64,000 nt of DNA from Prevotella sp. GTDB taxonomy: Bacteria; Bacteroidota; Bacteroidia; Bacteroidales; Bacteroidaceae. Location of the stretch: contig JAFYJH010000045.1 in NCBI GenBank assembly GCA_017538195.1, positions 486-64,485 of the forward strand. The letters run 5' to 3'. The position numbers and the translations under genes were made by a program. Positions 13,998 through 23,881 of this stretch are shown piece after piece (the stretch's first letter is position 1; each line of letters begins with the position of its first letter). Below the pieces are notes generated by a model. The model did not search any database. It saw only the letters and a list, made by a program, of their open reading frames with translations, and was not told the DNA's origin.

Positions 13998-15605
13998 TTA
14001 TTTCTTGGCTTTCGCAGCCTTTTTCTTGGCGGCGGCGAGGGCTTTCTGAGCGGCTTTTTCGCCCTTCTTTTCGAGCGTTTCCCAATAGACCTTGCCGACC
14101 GACTTCAACTGCTCGGTGAAGGCTTTTCCGCTGGCGTTGGTGGCAGCCTCGACTTCAGGCGAAGCCCATGCGTGACGATAACCTTTCACATCGTTCCAGT
14201 GGCCGCGAGTGAAATCGGGCACTTCGACGGGCATGTTTCCCTTGTCCATCGAAACGGCACCGAGTTCGGCCAAACAGCACCACTCGGCGAGGTCATAGAC
14301 ATCCATGTCGAGAGGCAGACCATTGCGCAGGCAATAGACGAAACGGGCATCCATGATGAAGTCCATACCGCCGTGTCCGCCGACTTCCTTCGCCTCTTCG
14401 CCGTATTTCTTGACGATGGGCGAGGTGTATTTCTTCAGCAGCGCATCCATGTCTTTCTTGCTCATGAAACTATGGGCGTTGAGGTTCTCGTGGTCGGGTT
14501 TCACGCCTGCTTCAGCCATGTCCTTGCCAGAAAGCGCATAGCCTTCGACGGGATATTTATTGGCAAAACCCTTCGTACCCGTGAGTTGATACATACGGCT
14601 GTAGGGCTGCGGCGTCATCACGTTGTGGTGGATTTCGATGACCTTGCCGTTTTCGGTCGAAATCAGCGTCGTGGTGTGGTCGCCGTTGCGGAATTCCTCG
14701 TCCTTGCCCGTGCGGTCTTTCACCAACTGACGGCCATTGAATGGCTTGGTGTCCATTGCCACGAGCGTCTTCATACGGTCGCCACGGTGAATGTCGAGCA
14801 CCTGAGCCACAGGACCGAGTCCGTGCGTGGCATAGACGTCGCCACGGAATTTCTGGTTGTAGTCGAGTCGCCAGCCGAGTTTGTCGTCGTCGCCCGTCTT
14901 CCAGTAGTAATCCCAGAACTGCGAGAGTTCATGGCGATAGGCACCCATCGTGTAAATCACCTCGCCGAAAAGTCCTTGCTGAGCCATGTGCAGTGAGTTC
15001 AACTCGAAGAAATCGTAGCAGCAGTTCTCAAGAATCATGCAGTGCAGACGCTTCTGTTCCGAGAGGTTGATGAGTTGCCAGATTTCGTTCATATTCATCG
15101 CCGACGGCACTTCAATCGCTACGTGCTTACCGCTCAGCAGCGCCTCTTTCGCCACGAGGAAGTGGTGAATCCAGTCGGTGGCGATATAGACCACGTCAAT
15201 GTCCGTGCGCTTGCAAAGTTCCTTGTAGCCGTTTTCGCCCGAATAGATGTCGGCAGGCGGCATCGAAGCCTTTTTCAGATACTTCTGACAGCCTTCGGCG
15301 CGTTTTTCCACATAGTCGCAGAGAGCCACGATTTGAACGCCCGGAATGTGTGTCCAACGCTCCACCGCGCCCGGTCCGCGCATACCCAGACCGACGAATG
15401 CCACGCGCACCACGTCCATTTTCGGCGTGACCAGTCCGAGAGCGGTCTGCTGTCCGGCAGGCATCGTCGGGACTTCCGTCACGATGGTGCCGTCTTTCAC
15501 GGTGTAAGGCCAGTCGAACTTACCGGCTTCGGGCTGCTGTGCCCACATTGTTACAGGCAGCATCAATGCTGCAATGAGAATCGAAAAAAATGTTGTCCGT
15601 TTCAT
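13998..15605 (-). CDS. GH109 NAD+-dependent alpha-N-acetylgalactosaminidase (Gfo/Idh/MocA fold), secreted
   Basis: Signal peptide; VGLGMRG Rossmann motif, EVPSA, LENCCY, YATHG, GGHGGMD. Confidence 0.88.
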   Translation of the reverse strand: MKRTTFFSILIAALMLPVTMWAQQPEAGKFDWPYTVKDGTIVTEVPTMPAGQQTALGLVTPKMDVVRVAFVGLGMRGPGAVERWTHIPGVQIVALCDYVEKRAEGCQKYLKKASMPPADIYSGENGYKELCKRTDIDVVYIATDWIHHFLVAKEALLSGKHVAIEVPSAMNMNEIWQLINLSEQKRLHCMILENCCYDFFELNSLHMAQQGLFGEVIYTMGAYRHELSQFWDYYWKTGDDDKLGWRLDYNQKFRGDVYATHGLGPVAQVLDIHRGDRMKTLVAMDTKPFNGRQLVKDRTGKDEEFRNGDHTTTLISTENGKVIEIHHNVMTPQPYSRMYQLTGTKGFANKYPVEGYALSGKDMAEAGVKPDHENLNAHSFMSKKDMDALLKKYTSPIVKKYGEEAKEVGGHGGMDFIMDARFVYCLRNGLPLDMDVYDLAEWCCLAELGAVSMDKGNMPVEVPDFTRGHWNDVKGYRHAWASPEVEAATNASGKAFTEQLKSVGKVYWETLEKKGEKAAQKALAAAKKKAAKAKK

Positions 15606-15753
15606 AAATTTATGTTTTTAATTGTTTGAAATTTTCGACATTGCCCTGCAAAAGTACAACAAAATTTCGACTTTCTCGTCTTTTGACAAAAAAATCTTTC
15701 TGGAAAATGCGAAAATCAATCTGATGCGGCGTTTTTTAAGGATTTTTAGGCGA

Positions 15754-16800
15754 TTATTTTCGCAAAAAATCGGGGAAGGCGACTGGCTGACTGCCGTTTT
15801 CGATGGAAATGCGCGAAAGTTCGCTCACGGCGCACCATTCGGCGAGGTCATAGACGTCGATGTCGAGCGGAAGTCCGCGATGCAGACACTCGATGAGGCG
15901 GCTGTCCATACGTTGGCTCATCAGGTCGTGGGGTGTGCTATCGCTGCTCTCAATCGACTGCCGCGTGCCGACAACGTGGTAGCGGCGCGTGTATTCGTGC
16001 GGACTGACGACATTGTGCTGCAAAAGAATGGTTTTGCCGTTGCGCGTGCGCATCAGCGTGGTTGTGTGGTCGCCGTTGCGGAAGTCGTCGCGCTGAAAAG
16101 CATTCGTGTCCATACTGACGAGCGTTTCGAGTCGGTCGCTGCGGTGGATGTCGAGCAACTGGCAGGCAGGACCCATTCCGTGCGTCGGGTAGAGGTCGCC
16201 CCGCAACTGCTGATTCACGGCGACGCGCCACGGAGTCCATCGCTCGCCAATCGGGTGGATGTAAGCGCCCTCGACGTGGACAACTGTGCCGAAATCGCCC
16301 TTTCTGACGGCTTCCAAGGCCGAAAGATGCCGACTGTCGTAGCAGCAGTTTTCGAGCATCGTGCAATGGCGTTGTGTGCGCTCGGCGGTATCGACCAAAG
16401 CCCAACAATCTTCCAACGTCATCGCGGCGGGAACCTCGATGGCAACGTGCTTCCCTGCGTTCATCGCTTCAAGCGCAATCGGCACGTGCGATGCCCAGTC
16501 GGTGCATATATAAATAAGGTCTAAGTCTTGGGTGATGAGTGATGGGTGTTGGGTGGTGAGTTTTGGGTGATGAGTTGTGAGATTTTCTGCAACCGCTTTC
16601 ACGCGCTCTTCCGAAACATCGCAGAGAGCGGCGATTTCGGCGTGTTCGATGCTGCGAAGTCGTTCCACAGCCTTCTGACCGCGCTCGCCGAGTCCGACAA
16701 TCCCGATGCGCACCACCGACATCGGCGGTGTGCGAAGTTGAAAAACCGACTGTTGTCCGTCGGGTCGTTTCGGGGTTTCGGTCGTGATGCAATGTTGCAT
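15754..16800 (-). CDS. Second, shortened GH109-like Gfo/Idh/MocA oxidoreductase without signal peptide
   Basis: VGLGERG, EVPAA, LENCCY, YPTHG, GLPLDIDVYDLAEW; clear paralog of 13998..15605 but lacks GGHGG. Confidence 0.82.
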   Translation of the reverse strand: MQHCITTETPKRPDGQQSVFQLRTPPMSVVRIGIVGLGERGQKAVERLRSIEHAEIAALCDVSEERVKAVAENLTTHHPKLTTQHPSLITQDLDLIYICTDWASHVPIALEAMNAGKHVAIEVPAAMTLEDCWALVDTAERTQRHCTMLENCCYDSRHLSALEAVRKGDFGTVVHVEGAYIHPIGERWTPWRVAVNQQLRGDLYPTHGMGPACQLLDIHRSDRLETLVSMDTNAFQRDDFRNGDHTTTLMRTRNGKTILLQHNVVSPHEYTRRYHVVGTRQSIESSDSTPHDLMSQRMDSRLIECLHRGLPLDIDVYDLAEWCAVSELSRISIENGSQPVAFPDFLRK

Positions 16801-16994
16801 TTTTTCGATTTTTTGACTGTAAAACGGGCAAAAATAAACTTTCTGGCTGCAAAAATAAGCATAAAAACTGTATTTTGCTCATTTTTTATCCGAAAAGACG
16901 CTTTTTCTACCAAAATTTATCTAACTTTCACTTCGTGCAAGTTACTTTTGTTCGGAAAAACTCAAATTTATTTGGTTTTTCCCTCACTTAATCG

Positions 16995-17002
16995 TACCTT
17001 TG
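16995..17002 (+). promoter_or_regulatory. Bacteroidetes -7 promoter element TACCTTTG
   Basis: Matches TAnnTTTG with TTTG ~25 bp upstream; 44 bp before the S9 peptidase ATG. Confidence 0.7.
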
Positions 17003-17045
17003 CAGGAAATAATCATTCAAACGACAGAAAATCACTTGAAACGAT

Positions 17046-19490
17046 ATGAAAAAATCAATTTTTGCCGTCATTTTGGCACTGATTTCCGCCTCGGCGATGG
17101 CGAAGGACATCAAAATTGAGCGATTCCGCTACGCCGGACCTTACGAGATGCGCGCTCCGCTGATGCTCGACAGCGTTTCGCTCGATTCGAAGCAGTTCAA
17201 AACCGAGAGTCTGCTCGAAACGCCGCTGAAACTCGACCTTGTGAAGTCGGCGAAGGTCGTCGAGGACACGGTTTTCTCCCATTCGGCCACGCCGTCGCTC
17301 CACCTCTTGGGCTTCCAAGTGCAAAATTCGGCCTTCGCCAAGACGAAAATCAGCGTGAAAGGGCTGAAAAACTACCATCTTTACCTCGATGGCAGTAAAA
17401 TCGGCGGTGGCGAAACGCAGTTGCAGCCCGGAACGCACGAATTTGTCGTCAAATTTCTGACGGAAAAGGCCGGCAGCGACACGGTTCGCGTGAAAATTTC
17501 GACCGACGCCGACCTGACCGCCGATGCTGTGACGGGAAAACGCCTGCTGACCCTCAACGACCTCTACGACGGCCTGCGAATTGGCGGCCTCAGCCTGAGT
17601 CCCGACGGTCGCTACGCCATCACTTCCTACACCGAAACGCTCAGCACGGGCAAGTCTTCGACGCGCTACCGCGTGACCGACACAAAGACGGGCGGCATCG
17701 TCGGCGAGAGCGAGAAGGCGATTTCGTGGATGCCGCGTTCGAACCGCTACTACTACACGCAGCCCAGCGAGGGCGGTCGAAGGATTGTCACGGTCGAGCC
17801 TGCGACGGGCGCGGTCAGCACGTTGGCGACGGGCCTCAGCGACGATGCGTTCCGCATTTCGCCGACCGAGAAATTCTTGATTCTCACGCATAAAAACGAT
17901 GGTCCGAAAGGCGACAAGGATGTTCATCAATACGTGGAACCCGACGACCGCCAACCCGGATGGCGCAATCGTAACAGTTTGATTTACTACGACTTAGCGA
18001 CGGGCATCGCCCAACCGCTCACCTACGGCCATCACGACGCATCGCTCTTGGACATTTCCGACGACGGTCGCCACGTGCTGCTGATCACCTCGAAAAGTCG
18101 CTTGACCGAGCGTCCGACGACGCTTTACTCGATTTTGAGGCTCGATTTGCAGACGATGAAGGCTGATACAATCGTCAAAGACGACGGTTTTATCGCTTCG
18201 GCAAAGTTCTCGCCCGACGGTAAAACGCTCGCGGTGAAAGGTTCGCCCGAAGCCTTTGGCAGCATCGGCAAAAACGTTCCGACGGGTCGCACGCCGAGTA
18301 TGTATGACTATCAACTCTACCTCGTCGATGTCGCCACGCGCAAAGCCACGCCGCTCACGCGCTCGTTCAACCCCAGCATCGACGATTTCCAGTGGAGTAG
18401 AGCAGACGGAAAACTCTATTTCACCGCCAACGACCGCGACAAAATCAATTTCTTCTCGGCTGATGCTAAAACTTTGAAAATCAATCAGATAGAAACTTCT
18501 GAAGATTGCGTCCGTCGCTTTTCGTTGGCAAAAACGCAGCCTCTGGCCGCGTGGACGGGCGTGAGCGCGTCGAACAGTGCGCGCAGTTACCTGACCAACC
18601 TGAAAACGCAGAAATCGACCCTCGTCGAAGACCAACACGCCCGACTCTACGGCGACATCGCGCTCGGCGACTGCAAGGATTGGGACTTCGTGGGTTCGCG
18701 AGGCGACACGATTTGCGCCCGCTACTACCTGCCGCCCTCGTTCGATGCCGCGAAAAAATACCCGATGCTCGTCTATTACTACGGCGGCTGCTCGCCCACG
18801 CCGCGCTATTTCGAGAGCGGCTACGCGCCCCATCTCTACGCCGCGCAGGGCTATGTCGTCTTTGTCGTGAATCCCAGCGGAGCCGCCGGATTCGGACAGG
18901 AATACGCCTCGCGCCACGTGAACACGGCAGGCGATTTCGTTGCCGACGACATCATCGAGGGAACGAAGTGTTTCGCCGAGGACCATCCTTTCATCGACAG
19001 CAAGCACATCGGCTGCCTCGGCGCGAGTTACGGCGGTTTTATGACGCAGTATCTTCAGACGAAAACCGACATTTTCGCCGCCGCGATGAGCCACGCCGGA
19101 ATCAGCGACCACACGAGTTACTGGGGCGAGGGCTACTGGGGCTACAGCTACAGCGAGGTGGCGATGGCCAACAGCTATCCGTGGTCGCACAAGGAACTCT
19201 ACGTCGAGCACAGTCCGCTCTACAACGCCGACAAAATCCACACGCCGATTCTCTTCCTTCACGGAACGGCTGACACCAACGTGCCCGTCGGCGAGTCGAT
19301 TCAGATGTACACCGCCCTGAAACTGCTCGGACGCGAGACCGCTTTCGTCGTCGTCGAGGGCGAAAACCACTGGATTCTCGACTATAAAAAACGTCAGAAA
19401 TGGCAGAACACCACCTTCGCTTGGTTCCAGAAATGGCTCAAGGGCGACGCCACGTGGTGGGACACGCTCTATCCCGAAAAAAATCTATAG
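17046..19490 (+). CDS. S9 family (prolyl oligopeptidase/acylaminoacyl) peptidase, secreted
   Basis: Signal peptide, beta-propeller repeats (SPDG), GASYGG nucleophile, HGTADTNV, GENH. Confidence 0.92.
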   Translation: MKKSIFAVILALISASAMAKDIKIERFRYAGPYEMRAPLMLDSVSLDSKQFKTESLLETPLKLDLVKSAKVVEDTVFSHSATPSLHLLGFQVQNSAFAKTKISVKGLKNYHLYLDGSKIGGGETQLQPGTHEFVVKFLTEKAGSDTVRVKISTDADLTADAVTGKRLLTLNDLYDGLRIGGLSLSPDGRYAITSYTETLSTGKSSTRYRVTDTKTGGIVGESEKAISWMPRSNRYYYTQPSEGGRRIVTVEPATGAVSTLATGLSDDAFRISPTEKFLILTHKNDGPKGDKDVHQYVEPDDRQPGWRNRNSLIYYDLATGIAQPLTYGHHDASLLDISDDGRHVLLITSKSRLTERPTTLYSILRLDLQTMKADTIVKDDGFIASAKFSPDGKTLAVKGSPEAFGSIGKNVPTGRTPSMYDYQLYLVDVATRKATPLTRSFNPSIDDFQWSRADGKLYFTANDRDKINFFSADAKTLKINQIETSEDCVRRFSLAKTQPLAAWTGVSASNSARSYLTNLKTQKSTLVEDQHARLYGDIALGDCKDWDFVGSRGDTICARYYLPPSFDAAKKYPMLVYYYGGCSPTPRYFESGYAPHLYAAQGYVVFVVNPSGAAGFGQEYASRHVNTAGDFVADDIIEGTKCFAEDHPFIDSKHIGCLGASYGGFMTQYLQTKTDIFAAAMSHAGISDHTSYWGEGYWGYSYSEVAMANSYPWSHKELYVEHSPLYNADKIHTPILFLHGTADTNVPVGESIQMYTALKLLGRETAFVVVEGENHWILDYKKRQKWQNTTFAWFQKWLKGDATWWDTLYPEKNL

Positions 19491-19547
19491 AATCCCTTTC
19501 ACTTCCCTTTCACTTCCTTTAAAAACCCTTCAAATCCCTTCAAAAAA

Positions 19548-20168
19548 ATGCATATCGCCATCGCAGGAAACATAGGCAGCGGCAAGACAACGCTCACCAA
19601 CCTTCTCGTCCGTCACTACGGCTGGGAACCGCGTTTCGAGGCCGTCGATTACAACCCCTATCTCGAAGACTACTACGCCGACATCGCCCGCTGGTCTTTC
19701 GCGCTTGAGATCTATTTCCTCAAGCAGCGATTCCGCGACCTGCTCGACATCGCCAAGGCCCAAAACACCATCATTCAAGACCGCTCCATCTACGAGGGCG
19801 TCTATGTATTCACCGCCAACAACCACGCAATGGGCAATCTCTCCGACCGCGATTTCCAGACCTATATGGAACTCTTCGAGTCGATGCTCTACGTGATCAA
19901 AAATCCCGATTTGATGATCTATCTTCGCGCCTCCGTGCCTCATCTCGTGCAGAACATCCAGAAGCGCGGTCGCGACTACGAGCAGACCATTCCGCTCGAC
20001 TATCTGCGCAACCTCAACGAGCGCTACGAAGACTTCATTTTCAACAAATACAAGGGCCGGCTGCTCGTCATCGATGCCGACCCCATCGACTTCGAGCACA
20101 ATCCCAAGGAATTCGCCTCGATTATCGACAAAATCGACAGAACATTGTTTGGACTTTTTAAAGATTAG
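19548..20168 (+). CDS. Deoxynucleoside kinase
   Basis: AGNIGSGKTT, QDRS, IQKRGRDYE lid motif. Confidence 0.93.
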   Translation: MHIAIAGNIGSGKTTLTNLLVRHYGWEPRFEAVDYNPYLEDYYADIARWSFALEIYFLKQRFRDLLDIAKAQNTIIQDRSIYEGVYVFTANNHAMGNLSDRDFQTYMELFESMLYVIKNPDLMIYLRASVPHLVQNIQKRGRDYEQTIPLDYLRNLNERYEDFIFNKYKGRLLVIDADPIDFEHNPKEFASIIDKIDRTLFGLFKD

Positions 20169-20173
20169 AAATT

Positions 20174-20794
20174 ATGCACATAGCCATTGCAGGAAACATC
20201 GGAAGCGGCAAGACGACGCTCACCACGCTGCTTGCCAAGCGCTACGGCTGGACCCCGAGGTTCGAGCCCGTGGACAACAACCCTTATCTCAGCGATTTCT
20301 ACGCCGATATGGCGCGCTGGTCGTTCAACACACAGATCTACTTCCTCAACAAACGGTTCAAGGAAGTCGTCGAAATCTCGCGCTCGCCCGAGACCATCAT
20401 CCAAGACCGCACCATCTTCGAGGACGCGCGAATCTTCGCGCCCAACCTCCACGCGCAGGGTCTGATGTCCGACCGCGACTTCGAGAACTACACCGACCTG
20501 TTCGACCTGATGATTTCGCTCGTGAAACTGCCCGATCTGATGATCTACATCCGCTCGACCATCCCCACGCTCGTCGCCCAGATTCAGAAGCGCGGACGCG
20601 AGTTCGAGCAGGGCATCCGCATCGACTATCTCGAAGGACTTGGCCGCCGCTACGAAGAATGGATCGAGGGCTACAAGGGCAACCTCATCATCGTCGATGG
20701 CGACAAGGTGAAGTTCGGCGAGTCGGCAGAAGACCTCCAGAAAGTCATCGACATGATCGACGCGAAACTCTTCGGACTGTTCCCGATGGAATAG
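20174..20794 (+). CDS. Deoxynucleoside kinase (tandem paralog)
   Basis: AGNIGSGKTT, QDRT, IQKRGREFE. Confidence 0.93.
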   Translation: MHIAIAGNIGSGKTTLTTLLAKRYGWTPRFEPVDNNPYLSDFYADMARWSFNTQIYFLNKRFKEVVEISRSPETIIQDRTIFEDARIFAPNLHAQGLMSDRDFENYTDLFDLMISLVKLPDLMIYIRSTIPTLVAQIQKRGREFEQGIRIDYLEGLGRRYEEWIEGYKGNLIIVDGDKVKFGESAEDLQKVIDMIDAKLFGLFPME

Positions 20795-20889
20795 AAAATT
20801 TTCCGACGGAATTTATATGATTTTTTTAGAAAAAATACGTTTTTTCATAAAAAAACGCGAATTTCTGTGCCCATTTTAAAAAAAATGAT

Positions 20890-20897
20890 TAACTTTG
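20890..20897 (+). promoter_or_regulatory. -7 promoter element TAACTTTG for the SusC/SusD locus
   Basis: Matches TAnnTTTG in the AT-rich intergenic region. Confidence 0.6.
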
Positions 20898-20972
20898 CCC
20901 CAAATTTCATGACCTTTTGCGCGTACGCGTATAATATAATGTATAAATATAAACTAAAAATTGTAAGATTGT

Positions 20973-23867
20973 ATGAATTACCGCTTTTTTAGACTGACCA
21001 GAAAAGCCTTTGTTGGCTTGAGTCTGGCAGTGATTTGTGGTGGACTCTTCACATCTTGTAAAGATCGCTACGACTTAGACGAACCCGGAAACTATCCGAG
21101 TTGGCTGGGCGAAAGCATCTACGACCAGTTGAAGAATCCCAATCAGGAAGTGCTTTCAGGTACTTTCAACAACTATGTGCGGCTCATCGACGACTTAGGT
21201 TTTTCCGAGACATTGGCCAAGACCGGTTCAAAGACCGTGTTCCCCGCCAACGACGAGGCTTTCGAGCGTTTCTACCGGAGCAATCCGTGGGGCGTGACGA
21301 AGTACGAGGACCTGACTGAGTCGATGAAGAAATTGCTGCTCAACACGTCGATGCTCAACAACCCCATCCTCGTGGAGATGCTCTCTAACGCAATGGTGAC
21401 GGGCGAGTTGCAGCAGGGAATCGTTCTGAAACACCGCATTGGCGGTGAGCGCTACGACTCCATCACCCACATCTACGGTCCTTCGGGAATGCCGAAAAAC
21501 AACGCCTACTGGGAGAAATTCTATGACAAAGGCATCAACCTTGTCATGGATGCAACCGACCCGATGATGGTGCACTTCACCGCTGAGCAGATGATTAGCA
21601 ACAGCATCACCACGCGCGGCGACGGCAGCGACTTCGAGGTCATCACAGGCTCGAAGTACAACGAGTCGGAGAAATCGGCCTACATCTTCCGCAACAAGGT
21701 GGTCAAGGCCGACGTAACCTGTAAAAACGGCTACATCCACCAGTTGGAAGACGTGCTCGTGCCGCCGGGAAACGTGGCAGAAGTGATTCGCAACAACGGC
21801 CAGAGCAACTACTTCAGCCGAATGCTCGACCGCTTCTGCGCACCGTTCTACGAGTCGTCACTCACCAACCGTTACAACGACTACGCGCAGGCCTACGGCA
21901 AGCCGCTCATCGACTCGATTTACCAGTGGCGCTACTTCAGCCAGCGCTCGCAGGGTTCGAAGGCTTTGAATCAAGACCCGAACAACCAGTCGGTGCCCAA
22001 CCTGCTCAACTACGACCCGGGTTGGAACGCCTATGTCAATGGTATGGGTGGCAACGAACTTTCCGACCTTGCAGCCGTGTTCGTCCCGACCGACGAGGCC
22101 ATGAAGCAGTACTTCCTGCCGGGCGGTAGCGGAGCCTTCCTCATCGACCAGTTCGGCAAGCAGGAAAACACCGAGGCCAACCTTAGCGAGAACATCGACT
22201 CGATTCCGGGCAACATCATCGTGGCCTTCATCAACAACCTGATGAAATCGTCGTTTGTCAATACCGTCCCGAGCAAGTTCGGCGACATCATGGACGACGC
22301 TTCCGACCCGATGGGCTTGTCGATCGACGCCATCAACCGCGATGCCAACGGCGGCTACGACGTGAAAATCGCCAACAACGGCGTGGTTTACATGCTCAAC
22401 ACCGTGTTCGCGCCGAACCAGTATGTCGCAGTGTCGGCACCGGCCTTCCTGAGCACCAACATGCGCATCATGAACACCGCCATCCAAGACGGTTCGAGCA
22501 CGATGGGCACGCCGCTCGGCTACAGCATGAACTACTACGCCTACCTCTTGGCCATGAGCGCCAACTACGGTCTGTTCATCCCGACCGACGAGGCTTTCGG
22601 CAACAAGTATTACATCGACCCGACCATGCTGAAGAGCCCGCAGCCACGCGCACTGCGCTTCTACTACGACGCCAAGAGAAGTCCCTACGTGTTCTGTTCG
22701 TCATGGAAATACGACCCGACGACGGGCATCGTGGGAACGGAAGAAACCGACTCCATCGAGCGTCTGACGAAAGACAAGTTCAAGTCGCAGTTGAAAGACA
22801 TTCTGAACTATCACACCGTCGTCTTGAACGATGGCGAGAAGATGGGCACGAATCTCTACTACAAGACGAAGCACGGCGGCGAAGTCAAGTTTGAGAATGG
22901 AACCGTGATGAGCGGTGGCCAGATTGACGAAGGACTGCCCGTGTCTTATGTCCTTTCAACCTATCATCAGAGAAACGGTACGGCTTTCGCCATCGACAAC
23001 CTGATTCAGGCTCCGCAGAAGTCTGTTTACAAAGTGTTGCACGAGAACGAACAATTCTCGGAATTCGTCAAACTGTTGAACGGCTTCGACGGCAACGACG
23101 ACCTGTTCTGGTTCGCATCCGACAGAATGAAGGAGAAAAACAATCTGACGAAGAAAACACGTCGCGACGGCTATCTGATTTTCGTCGAGGAGGCCGGTCA
23201 CTACGGACTTGACAAAGATGTAAAATTCTTCAACTCGTACAACTATACGGTCTATGTGCCCGACAACGAAGCCATGCAGAAGGCCTACAGCCTCGGACTG
23301 CCGACTTGGGACGACATTCAGCAACTCTACGATGCCTACGCAGAGGAATGGAGTCAGTCGAGCGGCAATCCGTCGCCCGATTTGCAGGCCGCTCGCGACA
23401 AGGCACTCGCCATGATCGAGGAAATCAACGCCTTCGTGCGCTATAATTTCCAAGACAATTCCGTCTATGCCGACAATGTCATCGATGCCGGTGTCTATGG
23501 AACGGCTTGTTCCGACTCGCTCGGTATCCGCGAGAAACTCACCGTCGGCGGCAGCGGAAAGACAATGACCGTGACCGACAATCGTGGCAACAGCGTTACT
23601 GTGAATGCCAACTCTGGAAAAGTTGTGAATCAGATGGCTCGCGACTACGTGTTCAGCAAGATAGCCAACGCAGAGGACAAAAACGGTAAGGGCGAAGAGA
23701 AGTCGATTACGACCTCGTCGTTTGCCGTGATCCACCAAATCTCCTCGCCGCTGAACTCTCACCGCGACACCGACCGCTACGACGGACTTTGGAGCGGTTC
23801 GAAAGCCAAGCAGAAACTATCGGCCTTCAGAAGGTTGTATGACAGCCGTTTGTATCAGAAATATTAA
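20973..23867 (+). CDS. Multi-fasciclin-domain lipoprotein
   Basis: Lipobox FTSC; FAS1 motifs TVFPANDEAF, NGYIHQLEDVL, AVFVPTDEAM, LFIPTDEAF, TVYVPDNEAM. Confidence 0.85.
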   Translation: MNYRFFRLTRKAFVGLSLAVICGGLFTSCKDRYDLDEPGNYPSWLGESIYDQLKNPNQEVLSGTFNNYVRLIDDLGFSETLAKTGSKTVFPANDEAFERFYRSNPWGVTKYEDLTESMKKLLLNTSMLNNPILVEMLSNAMVTGELQQGIVLKHRIGGERYDSITHIYGPSGMPKNNAYWEKFYDKGINLVMDATDPMMVHFTAEQMISNSITTRGDGSDFEVITGSKYNESEKSAYIFRNKVVKADVTCKNGYIHQLEDVLVPPGNVAEVIRNNGQSNYFSRMLDRFCAPFYESSLTNRYNDYAQAYGKPLIDSIYQWRYFSQRSQGSKALNQDPNNQSVPNLLNYDPGWNAYVNGMGGNELSDLAAVFVPTDEAMKQYFLPGGSGAFLIDQFGKQENTEANLSENIDSIPGNIIVAFINNLMKSSFVNTVPSKFGDIMDDASDPMGLSIDAINRDANGGYDVKIANNGVVYMLNTVFAPNQYVAVSAPAFLSTNMRIMNTAIQDGSSTMGTPLGYSMNYYAYLLAMSANYGLFIPTDEAFGNKYYIDPTMLKSPQPRALRFYYDAKRSPYVFCSSWKYDPTTGIVGTEETDSIERLTKDKFKSQLKDILNYHTVVLNDGEKMGTNLYYKTKHGGEVKFENGTVMSGGQIDEGLPVSYVLSTYHQRNGTAFAIDNLIQAPQKSVYKVLHENEQFSEFVKLLNGFDGNDDLFWFASDRMKEKNNLTKKTRRDGYLIFVEEAGHYGLDKDVKFFNSYNYTVYVPDNEAMQKAYSLGLPTWDDIQQLYDAYAEEWSQSSGNPSPDLQAARDKALAMIEEINAFVRYNFQDNSVYADNVIDAGVYGTACSDSLGIREKLTVGGSGKTMTVTDNRGNSVTVNANSGKVVNQMARDYVFSKIANAEDKNGKGEEKSITTSSFAVIHQISSPLNSHRDTDRYDGLWSGSKAKQKLSAFRRLYDSRLYQKY

Positions 23868-23881
23868 AAAAGAGCCGGAAT

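Noticed and set aside
19548-20794. Tandem deoxynucleoside kinases as a novelty
   Set aside because: A paired dNK arrangement is common in Bacteroidales.
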